DNA of 32,000 bases from Pseudodesulfovibrio mercurii. Lineage in GTDB: Bacteria; Desulfobacterota; Desulfovibrionia; Desulfovibrionales; Desulfovibrionaceae. Within the stretch, counting starts at the first letter, position 1. Every line of letters starts with the position of its first letter. The stretch covers positions 2,730,001 to 2,762,000 of the forward strand of contig NC_016803.1 of NCBI RefSeq assembly GCF_000189295.2. Reading direction: 5' to 3'. The notes under the pieces were generated by a model. That model saw only the letters and a program-made list of their open reading frames with translations, ran no database searches and was not told where the DNA came from. Shown here piece after piece: positions 22,035 to 30,790 of the stretch. The position numbers and the translations under genes are program-made.

Positions 22035-22514
22035 CTATTCGAGGTAGCCGAGGGCCTCGAGATTCTTTTGCAGGATGCCGCGCAGTTCCCTGGGGGCGTC
22101 CTTTCTGGCCAGCGCTTCGGCCATGGGCCGCTTTTGCGGGCGGGGGGCGGCCTCGGCGGAAACGGCGACGGGTTCCCGGATCGCCGCGTCGGCGGGGCTC
22201 GTGCCCGCTTCGGCCGTTTCGCCGCCGTCCGGGGAGGTTTCCCCCTTGCCGTCCTGTTCCTTCAGGGCGAAGGCGGACGGGCTTTCCAGGGCGTCCCGCT
22301 CGGCAAGCCGCCGGTTCATTTCCCTGACCTGCCGCCAGGTGTCGGGCATGGGGGCCATGGCGGCGGATGCGGCCTCCCGTTCCGGGTTCGGGGCGCTCCC
22401 CCGCCATCCCGAAAGGAAGCCGGGCAGGTTCATGTTGCCCAGGATGTTCACGGCGCTGATCAGGATCACGAAGGTCAGCGCGACGCCGGTGATGAAACCA
22501 ATGAGTCTTTTCAT
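22035..22514 (-). CDS. membrane-anchored hypothetical protein (159 aa)
   Basis: GGAGG RBS. The ATG overlaps the upstream stop (ATGA). The N-terminal TM is LIGFITGVALTFVILISAV and the middle region is acidic/Pro-rich. Confidence 0.75.
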   Translation of the reverse strand: MKRLIGFITGVALTFVILISAVNILGNMNLPGFLSGWRGSAPNPEREAASAAMAPMPDTWRQVREMNRRLAERDALESPSAFALKEQDGKGETSPDGGETAEAGTSPADAAIREPVAVSAEAAPRPQKRPMAEALARKDAPRELRGILQKNLEALGYLE

Positions 22515-23248
22515 GGAATGCCTCCGGATGAGGTGTTGTGGCCCATGGGCGGGCCGGGTTGCCGGGTGTCGTCGCCAGCCGCCGGGGCGGATTCGCGGAG
22601 CGAGGCGCGGGCCAGGAACACGGCCCTGCTGGCGGTGAGGTGCATGTTCTCCAGTTGCAGCAACACGCGCAGGCGCAGGAGGCCGTCGCGGAGAGCCGCT
22701 CCGTCGAAGGGGATGCGTCGTCGCGCGCCTGCGGGAAGGGGGGTCGGCCGGGGGCCGTATTCGCGCCGCATCTCCTCGGCTTGCCCCATCACCTTCCGGT
22801 TCGTCCGGTCGAGGAGCCGGTAACGTCCGGCGTGCTTGAGAGCACGGTTCGACCCCGTCCGAAGATCGTCCATGAGCCGGAGAAATTCCCTCCGGTTGTC
22901 CTCACGGGCCGCTTCGGTCCGGGCGAGCCTGGACTCGTTGTCGCGGATGGCCTTTCCGAGCCGCTCCGTTTCGGTGATCAGGCCGTCGATGCGTCCGAGC
23001 GCCGATTCGTTGCCGGAAAGCAGCCCTTCGATCACGGAGTCGATCCGCGCGTGGGCAGCATCAAGGAGAGCGGCCCCGTCCGCCGGTCCCACCAGCGCGG
23101 GCCGACGCGCCGCCTGGGTGGGCGAGGTGAACAGCCCGAGGCAGAAGACGGCGTTTACGGCCAGCAGCAGGCCCAGCGCGGCATACGCCGCCGCCAGCCG
23201 TATGGTTTCCGTCCGGTCGGGCGAAGCCCTGGAAAACGTGTCGCGCAT
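22511..23248 (-). CDS. membrane-anchored coiled-coil protein (245 aa)
   Basis: ATG 23248 is preceded by AAGGAG at 5 nt. The TM segment is LAAAYAALGLLLAVNAVFCLGLF and is followed by a helical charged region. The start at 23305 in the track lies upstream of the RBS. Confidence 0.75.
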   Translation of the reverse strand: MRDTFSRASPDRTETIRLAAAYAALGLLLAVNAVFCLGLFTSPTQAARRPALVGPADGAALLDAAHARIDSVIEGLLSGNESALGRIDGLITETERLGKAIRDNESRLARTEAAREDNRREFLRLMDDLRTGSNRALKHAGRYRLLDRTNRKVMGQAEEMRREYGPRPTPLPAGARRRIPFDGAALRDGLLRLRVLLQLENMHLTASRAVFLARASLRESAPAAGDDTRQPGPPMGHNTSSGGIP

Positions 23249-23293
23249 CTCGGCTCCTTGTTGCGTGCTTGTGTTGGGTTCCACCCCGCCATA

Positions 23294-23309
23294 ATCAAGG
23301 AGCATGCCA
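23294..23309 (-). promoter_or_regulatory. sigma54-type promoter candidate, variant -12 (TGGCATGctccTTGAT)
   Basis: On the minus strand the -24 half is perfect and the spacing exact, with TTGA at -12. It lies 46 nt upstream of ATG 23248, with an AT-rich tract (23331..23368) upstream. Confidence 0.45.
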
Positions 23310-23706
23310 GGTTGCTGTGGAAAGGGGAGGTTCCATTTAATTGCCTGGAATTATGAGTAGTGTTGCATGAGGCGAGCGCGCTGGAGCCCCGGGGGAAGCC
23401 CGGAATCCGGCGCAATGGGAGCGGACGGGCTCACACGGTTCCGGGGCGTGAGGATGGACGGGTGGGCCGCGTGCCCGTTTCCGGGGGGGCGTTCGGTGCG
23501 GAGGGAGCGGGCCGCCTCAGGCCGCGGCGGCCGGGGCCATGGCCTTGCGGGGATGAAGCCTTGTCCGGATGCTCCGGTTCATCGCATGGGGTTGTCGGCC
23601 TTGGCTTTCTTGACTATGTTCGACCAACCTGCTTGCGCGAATCGATAATGTTGCACATGGTTTTCGCTATCGCGGCCCGGTGCGCAGGCGGCATGGAGAG
23701 GGGGGT

Positions 23707-26700
23707 ATGGAAAGAGACGAGTTCCTGGCCCTGGTCGGCCAGTTGGTGAAGAGCGACGATCCAACGGTGCGCGGCCTGGGCCAATGCATGCGGAACGTGT
23801 TCGGCAAACGGGAGGTGTTGCCCTGCCGCCTGCTCGACGAGGTGGACGTCCTCAGCCGGGCGGTGGATCTGTACTTTCCCCGGCCGTTCGTGGCCCGGTA
23901 CAATGCCTACAAGGAAGCCGAGGAGATGCTGGCCGCCCTGGCGGACTCGGACGACCTCAGCTATGCGGCCGCGCTGAAGGACGCGGCCGACAAGTTGATC
24001 CTGCTGTGGAAGCTGGTCTTGAACTTCCTGCCGTTTCTTTTCGTCGGGGCCATCCAGCGCATGGGCGGCAAGGCGCTGGCGGAGGCCGCCGAGGCCGAGT
24101 TGCAGGAGGTGTTGCAGACCTACCGGACGTTGTTCCACGAGAACGCCACGCTCAACGAGGGGGAGCAGGTCGCCTTCGTTCTGCTCCTTCTGAAGCTTTT
24201 CCGGAAACTCGACCGGCACGGCGCGCTCGGGGACAGCTTCATCCTGCATCCGCTGCTCCAGGCGCGGGGCGGGTTCGACGAGGTCTTTCCCCAGCCCTTC
24301 GGTCCGATGCTGCAATTGATCCACCAGTTCCGGAACAAGAGTTTTCACGCCTTCATCAGCGAGCGGCGACGGGACGAGGTCGCCCCGGTCAATACCATCA
24401 TGGCCTGCGTCTGTTTATACGTGGTGAAGTGCCTGCTGGGCGTTTTCGAACGATACGGGCTGTACTGGGTGACCGGGATCAACGCCCCGTCCTCGGACCC
24501 GGTCGTGACGGCCCTTTCCTTTGCCGGGGCCGCGCCCAAGGAAAAGCGGTTCAAGCTGACGAGGACCCCGTGCGCGGATTCGGAGCGCCTGGCCCTCAAC
24601 GATCTGTATCTCATCGACAACTCGAAGGTCATCACCATGGGCGGGGCCCAGCCGGTCGAGCCCATCGGGCCGACGGATTACCTCTGTCTTTCGCCGTTCG
24701 TCATCTACACCATGGAATCCCTGGACAAGGAGGTCCTCGACGGCGGAGCGTCCGCCGACCGCCCCCTGGATATCTGCGTTCTCCAGCGGTACAACGAGGT
24801 CAAGCAGTTCTTACGTTACCTGGCCCTGACGGGCCAGGTGGAGTTCTGCCTGTCCCGCGACGACCGTTTCCGGCATTTCTTTGAGAAGTACAGCCTGTTC
24901 TTCAAGAACATAGAGGGGTTGTTCGACGACGTGGGCCATGCCCCGGCGCAAGAGGCGGCCACGCCCGGCGTCGACTCAGCGGCCGCCGCCATGGCGCAGC
25001 TGCGCAAGCGGACCTGGCAGGTGTCGTGCAACCACCTGGCGGCGCTGCTCCAGGTTCAGGACTACGACGAAGACGGCAACCGCATCGTCGAGAATCCCGG
25101 TTTCGGGTTCCAGTACAAATACAATCCCGACCTGTTCGTCTTCCCGGAGGAGGGCCGTTTCTACGACGGGTTCTATGAGAGCGGGAAGCGGGCCATCGCC
25201 TTTGTCGGGGGCTCGGGCATCGGTAAATCCAGCCTGCTGTGCCACCTTTTCCTGGATGAGCGCAGGGCGGGCCGACCGGCGGTCTTTCTCGACGCCAGGC
25301 GTTTCCGTTCGGCCAGGCTGGACGAGTTCCTGGAGGAAAGCATCATCGTCCGCGCCCGAAGGGACTGGCGGATGGAGAACGCGGACCGGTTGCTCGGCGA
25401 GGCCGGGGTCCGGCTGGTGGTCTTCATCGACGCCGTCAACGAGTTCGGCGGCCCCGGCGGCCCGCTGAAGCTCATTCAGGAGATCATGGACGCAGCCCGC
25501 GACCAGTCGGCGCTCGCCAACGTCAAGTTCGTCTTTTCCTGCCGCGTGGAAACCTGGGAGCAGTACCGGAAATCCGTCAACAACCCCAAGGTGCTTCTGG
25601 AGGACAGCGTCTTCGTGGGCCAGGGGGGCGAGGCCGTCCGGGTCAACGGGTTCGAGTCGGAAACCCTGCGCGCCACCCTCTTCGATCGCTATGCGAGTTG
25701 TTTCAACCTGGTTCCCGCCACCTACGAGGAGCAGGGAGAGCCGCTGAAGGAACTGATCTGTTCCCCGTTCATGATGCGGATGATCGCGGAGGTGTACGCC
25801 AACACCTCGGAGGATGGCGCCTCGCATCGCAGGAGAAAACGCCGCAAGATACCGAAGAAGATAAATTATTTTAAACTGTTTTCCCTCCTGACGCCCCGCA
25901 AGATGGCGGATGCCGAACGGTTGTTCCCCGAGAGGGAGGTCTCGCACGACCTGCTGGAGCGGCGGTTCGACGAGTGCCTGTACGTCTTCGCCGAACTGAT
26001 CTATCGCCAGCTCATCGCCGGCGGCGACAGCTCTCCCCTGGCCATTTCCGGGGAGCGCCGGGACTCCGTGCGGATCGACGAGCTGAGCCGGAACCCCGCG
26101 TTCGGCGAGTTCATGAAGGGCCCGGTCGAAGGCGCGTCCGTCAGCATCTTCGAGGCGTTGATCCAGGTCGGCCTCATCGAGTCCGTGTACCTGCCCGAAC
26201 TCAACCGCCACGGCGAGGTCAAGTTCGGCAGGGCCTACAAGTTTTTCCACGACCAGTACACGCAGTACTGGCTGAGCGCCGTCTACAACCGGTCCGACAT
26301 CCTGGGCCGCCCCAGTCCTCGGAAGCTGCGCCGCGATCCGGAACTGCGCCGGACCACGGTGGCCAACATCCAGGACCTGATCGCCCGCTCCCAGGACGCC
26401 ATGGTCCTGGGCGGCGCGCTGGGCCACTGGCTCTATTCGATCATGTCCGACGGGCGGCCGCGCATTCAGGACGACCTGTGCCACCTGTTCAACGCCATAG
26501 CCGACACCAAATCCTCGCATGTCCGGTACATGACCGGCATGTTCCTGCACGGACTGCCCGAAAAGGGGGTGGTCTCATCGCGCGAATGGTACTCCCGGCT
26601 TTGCCGGAAGGGGAGCTTCGCCCTGCGCAGGCTGCTGACCGAGCACGTGGTCTACCTGTGGCCCAACATTGCGCCGGACGATTTCCGTGCGCTGATAGAG

Positions 26701-28206
26701 TCCCTGGGCAGGGAGGAGGACGACGTCCTGCTGCGGGAACTCGGGGACTTCCTGGCCACCCGTTTCGGCTCGGAGCCGGAGATGGTCCTGGAGTTTCTGG
26801 ACGGCATCCTGCCGAGCCTCGAAAAGCTGGACGTCGCCACTTCGACCCGGCTGTATGCGCTCAAGTCGAAGATGCACATCTATTTCAAGGTGATCACGAA
26901 ATTCGCGGTCAAGGCCGCCTTGGACTGCTGTGTGGACTGGGAAAAGATGCGGATGCTCAAGGAGTTGCTGACGCGGAAATACAGCTACGTGTTCAGGGCC
27001 TGCCTCGACGAGTCTCCCACGATGATCATGCGGGGAGTCAGGAGTTGGGTCTTTTCCCTGCTGGATGGGGTCGGGCTCAACCAGTGGGACCAGGCCATCG
27101 GCCCGCACGGGAACAATTGCTTTTTCGTGGAATTCGACGGGCTGCGGCAGCGCGACGTGCTCCACGACTTCTATCCCTACTGCGTGCAGCTGTGCAACGG
27201 CGAGTTCGACGAGCTCTCCCTGGAGCCCGATTCGGAGTTCCGGCAGGCGTGTCTGTCCCTGATCGACTACCGGCCGCGCAGCGTCATCGGCTACGTGGCC
27301 ACGGTGGTGCTCGCCGCGGTCCTGCATCGGGATGACCGCCAGATGGAGAGCGTGGTCAACGAACTGCTCGCCAGGAAGTCCGAGGCGGCCTTTTTCTTCT
27401 GCAACTACCTGCTGACGGCCCTGGGTCAGCTCAAGGTGGAGCGGTGCGCCCTCCTGTTGCCGATCATGAAGAAGGACTTCATCCCCGCGCTGGTCAGCGA
27501 GGACCAGGACGGCGAGAGCTACCTGGGCTTCCTGTTCATGGCCGCGGCGGACATGAAGGAGTTGTGGCCGGACGCGAAGGTCATCCTGGACGAACTGACC
27601 GAGCGGCTGGAGGAGATGAAGCCGGAGGCCCTGTTCTCCTTCGCCAAGGCGTTGCGCAGCCTGTGTTTCTATTCCGAGCCGCAAATGGGGCGGACCATCG
27701 CCACCCATCTGGCGCGGACGTATCTTTCGGACGCCTCCGACAACCGTCGCGAGTTCGCCAAACGGGTGCTGGCGGCCATGCTGGTGCGCGATCCGCAGAT
27801 GCTCTCGGCCATCCTGGAGTGCACGGGCAAGGGCCGCGCCCTGGAGGCCGAGGTGCTGACCTTCGTGGACGGTGAAGTGCTTCGGCTCAAGGACCAGGTC
27901 AGCTATCAGAGCGCCTGGAACAAGGTCTTCCTCACCGCGGTGACCGACAATCCCAAGGTGATGCACTATGCCTGCCGCGTGTTGCTGGGCGGTCTGGTCC
28001 AGTCGAACAGCGTCACGGAGTTCTCGCGGGAATTTCGACGGTTCGTCGTGGAGTTGGTCCGCGGCTACCTTACGGATGAGGGGCTTGACCGCCGGAAGAC
28101 GTTCACCGTACAGGAAGCGTTGTCGGAAAGTCTGGCGAGCGCCTGCTACGGGATGGACGGCGAGCCATGGACCGACGTCGAGGACAGGGTTGAAAAACAG
28201 CAGTGA
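23707..28206 (+). CDS. NACHT-type STAND NTPase (1499 aa) with a ~480-aa N-terminal region carrying an RNxxxH motif and a ~900-aa helical-repeat C-terminus
   Basis: ATG 23707 is preceded by GGAGAGG. Walker A is GGSGIGKS (25207..25230), Walker B is LVVFIDAVNEF (about 25414..25446), and a TSR-like FVFSCR lies downstream. The N-terminal region contains LIHQFRNKSFHAF (RNKSFH at 24331..24348). The C-terminal half is rich in Leu/Ala/Glu/Arg and looks like helical repeats. Confidence 0.9.
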   Translation: MERDEFLALVGQLVKSDDPTVRGLGQCMRNVFGKREVLPCRLLDEVDVLSRAVDLYFPRPFVARYNAYKEAEEMLAALADSDDLSYAAALKDAADKLILLWKLVLNFLPFLFVGAIQRMGGKALAEAAEAELQEVLQTYRTLFHENATLNEGEQVAFVLLLLKLFRKLDRHGALGDSFILHPLLQARGGFDEVFPQPFGPMLQLIHQFRNKSFHAFISERRRDEVAPVNTIMACVCLYVVKCLLGVFERYGLYWVTGINAPSSDPVVTALSFAGAAPKEKRFKLTRTPCADSERLALNDLYLIDNSKVITMGGAQPVEPIGPTDYLCLSPFVIYTMESLDKEVLDGGASADRPLDICVLQRYNEVKQFLRYLALTGQVEFCLSRDDRFRHFFEKYSLFFKNIEGLFDDVGHAPAQEAATPGVDSAAAAMAQLRKRTWQVSCNHLAALLQVQDYDEDGNRIVENPGFGFQYKYNPDLFVFPEEGRFYDGFYESGKRAIAFVGGSGIGKSSLLCHLFLDERRAGRPAVFLDARRFRSARLDEFLEESIIVRARRDWRMENADRLLGEAGVRLVVFIDAVNEFGGPGGPLKLIQEIMDAARDQSALANVKFVFSCRVETWEQYRKSVNNPKVLLEDSVFVGQGGEAVRVNGFESETLRATLFDRYASCFNLVPATYEEQGEPLKELICSPFMMRMIAEVYANTSEDGASHRRRKRRKIPKKINYFKLFSLLTPRKMADAERLFPEREVSHDLLERRFDECLYVFAELIYRQLIAGGDSSPLAISGERRDSVRIDELSRNPAFGEFMKGPVEGASVSIFEALIQVGLIESVYLPELNRHGEVKFGRAYKFFHDQYTQYWLSAVYNRSDILGRPSPRKLRRDPELRRTTVANIQDLIARSQDAMVLGGALGHWLYSIMSDGRPRIQDDLCHLFNAIADTKSSHVRYMTGMFLHGLPEKGVVSSREWYSRLCRKGSFALRRLLTEHVVYLWPNIAPDDFRALIESLGREEDDVLLRELGDFLATRFGSEPEMVLEFLDGILPSLEKLDVATSTRLYALKSKMHIYFKVITKFAVKAALDCCVDWEKMRMLKELLTRKYSYVFRACLDESPTMIMRGVRSWVFSLLDGVGLNQWDQAIGPHGNNCFFVEFDGLRQRDVLHDFYPYCVQLCNGEFDELSLEPDSEFRQACLSLIDYRPRSVIGYVATVVLAAVLHRDDRQMESVVNELLARKSEAAFFFCNYLLTALGQLKVERCALLLPIMKKDFIPALVSEDQDGESYLGFLFMAAADMKELWPDAKVILDELTERLEEMKPEALFSFAKALRSLCFYSEPQMGRTIATHLARTYLSDASDNRREFAKRVLAAMLVRDPQMLSAILECTGKGRALEAEVLTFVDGEVLRLKDQVSYQSAWNKVFLTAVTDNPKVMHYACRVLLGGLVQSNSVTEFSREFRRFVVELVRGYLTDEGLDRRKTFTVQEALSESLASACYGMDGEPWTDVEDRVEKQQ

Positions 28207-28219
28207 GTCAGGAACCAAT

Positions 28220-29284
28220 ATGAGTTTTCTATGCAAAAAATTCATGCAGGGTTTTGATAGGACGTATCTTTCCATCAAGAATAAGCACAAGACATGCAGC
28301 CTGCATCTGAACCCCGACCCCTTCGACGGGCGGGTATACACCATCGACGAATTCTACGAGGGATATAAGAAGTATTTCGACGATCCGTTGGGTTTCTACA
28401 ACGATTACGCCCCCGAGGACGGCATATGCCTCCGGGACGGTCGGCACCACCGGGACACGTCCGAAGCCCAGGCCCCTTTCCGCTACATGGTGTTCGATTC
28501 GCCGGTCCCTTCGCCGTGGGAGGAGAACAACCTGGTGCCGTTCAAGTGGTTCACCAACCCGGAAAAACCATCCCGGACGCTGTTGCTTTTCGCGCCGGGA
28601 TGGGGACGGACCAGCCAGTCCTTCGAGGAGGTCTGGTGCCGCAAATTGCAGGAGATGGGGGTCGATTGCGGCCTGACCACCGTGCCGTACCATCAGGCGC
28701 GCACGCCACAGGGCTCGTTCTCCGGGGAGTACTGGATCAGCGCGAACCTCTTTTTCACCATCGCCAACTTCCGGCTCTACACCGCGGAGTTGCGGCTGCT
28801 GTTCCAATACATGAAGCGGCGGTATGACTACGTCGGGTTCATCGGCATGAGTTCCGGCGGGTTCCAGACCGCCCTGGCGGCCAATTGCGAACCGGCGGAC
28901 TTCCTGTTCCCGATGATCACCGGCGGGAACCTGGCGGACATCACCTGGGACGGACTGATAACGACCTACGTCCGGCAGGACCTGGAGGCCAAGGGCGTGA
29001 CCCGTGAGCAGCTCGCCCGGGTCTGGAGCGTCACCGACGAGTGCGTTCTGGGCAGGCACTGCAAGGCCCGGTACATCAAGCAGTACATCTCCATGTACGA
29101 CGAGGTGGTGGGGACCGAGAATCAGCTGGCCATGTGGGAGGCCATCGGCAGGCCGGACAGGATGATGGTCCCGTCCGCCCACTACTCCGTGTATTTCTTC
29201 GGCAACCGGATCCTCAGGGACATCGCCCGCATGGTGGCCGAGAACGTGGCCGGGTGGAGCCGCTCCCCAGGGTCGGCGGCCTAG
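28220..29284 (+). CDS. alpha/beta-fold hydrolase (354 aa)
   Basis: ATG 28220 is preceded by AGGAA at 5 nt and lies 13 nt after the NTPase stop. The nucleophile elbow is GMSSGG (28844..28861). The upstream 84 codons in the track overlap the NTPase gene. Confidence 0.85.
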   Translation: MSFLCKKFMQGFDRTYLSIKNKHKTCSLHLNPDPFDGRVYTIDEFYEGYKKYFDDPLGFYNDYAPEDGICLRDGRHHRDTSEAQAPFRYMVFDSPVPSPWEENNLVPFKWFTNPEKPSRTLLLFAPGWGRTSQSFEEVWCRKLQEMGVDCGLTTVPYHQARTPQGSFSGEYWISANLFFTIANFRLYTAELRLLFQYMKRRYDYVGFIGMSSGGFQTALAANCEPADFLFPMITGGNLADITWDGLITTYVRQDLEAKGVTREQLARVWSVTDECVLGRHCKARYIKQYISMYDEVVGTENQLAMWEAIGRPDRMMVPSAHYSVYFFGNRILRDIARMVAENVAGWSRSPGSAA

Positions 29285-30456
29285 CGTCCGATCTTGCGCT
29301 TGCCGCTGGCCCAGCAGCGGCGCAGGGCCTGGGCGTTGTTGCCCAGGATCAGCCCCACGTGCCTCCAGCTGAGGTTCCCCTGATGGGCGAGGTGGCTGCG
29401 CGCCGAGGCGATGAGCCGGAGGCGGTCCTCGCCCCGGAGCCCCTCCTCGGTGATCTTGCGCAGGGACAGGTACCGCTTCCACAGGGCGTTCGAATCGGCG
29501 TCGGCCCTGCTGGGCTCGATGCCCTGGATCATGGTTTCCACCTCCGCCGGGGTCGCCTGCTCCCGCAGGACGGCCAGGGCGCGCTCGGTGTCGCGCAGCA
29601 GGGCGTCGATGAGCTTGGTCGCGGTGGCGGAGGGGCGGCCGAGGAAATCGGGGCAGATCTTGAGATACCGCGTCCCGATGCGATCGTCCCCCTCGTGCAG
29701 GGCCCAGTCGAAGGCCGCGGCCATGACGTTCTCGAGTTCCCGGATGTTGCCGGGCCAGTCGTGGCCGGCCAGCGCCTCCAAGGCATCCTCGGAGATGGCC
29801 ATCCCGTCGATGTCCATTTTTTCGCACTGGAACTTCAGGAAATGCCGGGCCAGGGCGCGGATGTCCCCCTCGCCGCGTTCGCGCAACGGCGGCAGGCACA
29901 TCTCGTGAACGGAGATCCGGTAGAACAGGTCCTCGCGGAACCGTCCTTCCTCGACGAGCGCCCGGAGATCCCTGTTGGTCGCCAGGATGACTTTCAGATC
30001 CGCCTGAAAGGTCTGGGTCCCTCCGACGCGGCGGTAGCTGCCGTCCTGGAGGAACCGCAGCAGCCGGGGTTGCTGTGAAAGCGGCATTTCGCCGATTTCG
30101 TCCAGGAAGAGGCAGCCGCCGTCCGCCGCCTTGACCAGGCCGTCCGTGGCCCTGTCGGCGCCGGTGTACGCCCCCTTGTCGTGCCCGAACAATTCGGAGG
30201 AGAACAGGGCGTCGGTGAAGTCGGCGCAGTTGAGGCGGACGATGCGGCCGCCGTATCGGGACAGGCTCCGGATGTGGTCGGCCAGGAGCTCCTTGCCCGT
30301 GCCCGACTCCCCGTGGATCAGGACGGGACGGTCGGACAGGGCCGCGACCTTGGCGAAGTCGCGGACCCGCTCCATGGCGGCGCATTCGCCGATCATCGCC
30401 TTGACCGGGGACGGATTGCGGAAGAGCCTCGCCTCGTTGGTGCCGGTCCTGATCAT
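29281..30456 (-). CDS. sigma54-dependent transcriptional activator (bacterial enhancer-binding protein) lacking an N-terminal sensory domain
   Basis: 391 aa from ATG 30456, with an AAGGAGG RBS. Walker A is GESGTGKE, followed by SSELFGHDKGAYTGA (the GAFTGA loop), Walker B CLFLDEIGEM, and WPGNIRELEN. The C-terminus has a Fis-type HTH (GNLSWRHVGLILGNNAQALRR). Only about 20 aa precede the AAA+ core. Confidence 0.95.
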   Translation of the reverse strand: MIRTGTNEARLFRNPSPVKAMIGECAAMERVRDFAKVAALSDRPVLIHGESGTGKELLADHIRSLSRYGGRIVRLNCADFTDALFSSELFGHDKGAYTGADRATDGLVKAADGGCLFLDEIGEMPLSQQPRLLRFLQDGSYRRVGGTQTFQADLKVILATNRDLRALVEEGRFREDLFYRISVHEMCLPPLRERGEGDIRALARHFLKFQCEKMDIDGMAISEDALEALAGHDWPGNIRELENVMAAAFDWALHEGDDRIGTRYLKICPDFLGRPSATATKLIDALLRDTERALAVLREQATPAEVETMIQGIEPSRADADSNALWKRYLSLRKITEEGLRGEDRLRLIASARSHLAHQGNLSWRHVGLILGNNAQALRRCWASGKRKIGR

Positions 30457-30714
30457 GATGTCCCCCTCCTTGTCTGTTTCCGATCCATCGCGTGAGGGAC
30501 CTCCCCTCACACCAGGGCCTTTTGGCGGCCAACGGAAACTCGCGTCGGTTTTGTCGGGAAAACAGGCGGGAGATATCAGGTGATTTACATAAATGGCTTG
30601 ATATGTTCGCTGGTTGGGAGTTAACACAAGACAGTGTATTTTCGGGGACGGCAGCGTGTTCCGTTCCGGCCCGCCTGTCAGGCGCCATCGGACGGGGGTG
30701 CGGGGACGGCCCGG

Positions 30715-30730
30715 TGGCGAGGTTGTTGCA
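30715..30730 (+). promoter_or_regulatory. sigma54 promoter (TGGCGAGgttgTTGCA)
   Basis: Exact GG-N10-GC spacing with a perfect -12 TTGCA. It lies 61 nt upstream of ATG 30791 and is divergent from the enhancer-binding protein gene. Confidence 0.7.
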
Positions 30731-30790
30731 AAGGATCATATCGGGGGCGTTGCGTTTTTGCCCGGCGTCCCCTGTTGGAGAGGAAGTGGC

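Noticed and set aside
23534-23549. GGGCCATGGCCTTGCG upstream of the NACHT gene, as a sigma54 promoter
   Set aside because: Only the GGC...TTGC core matches. A core of that size is expected by chance about once in the intergenic GC-rich DNA examined, and it lies 158 nt from the start codon.
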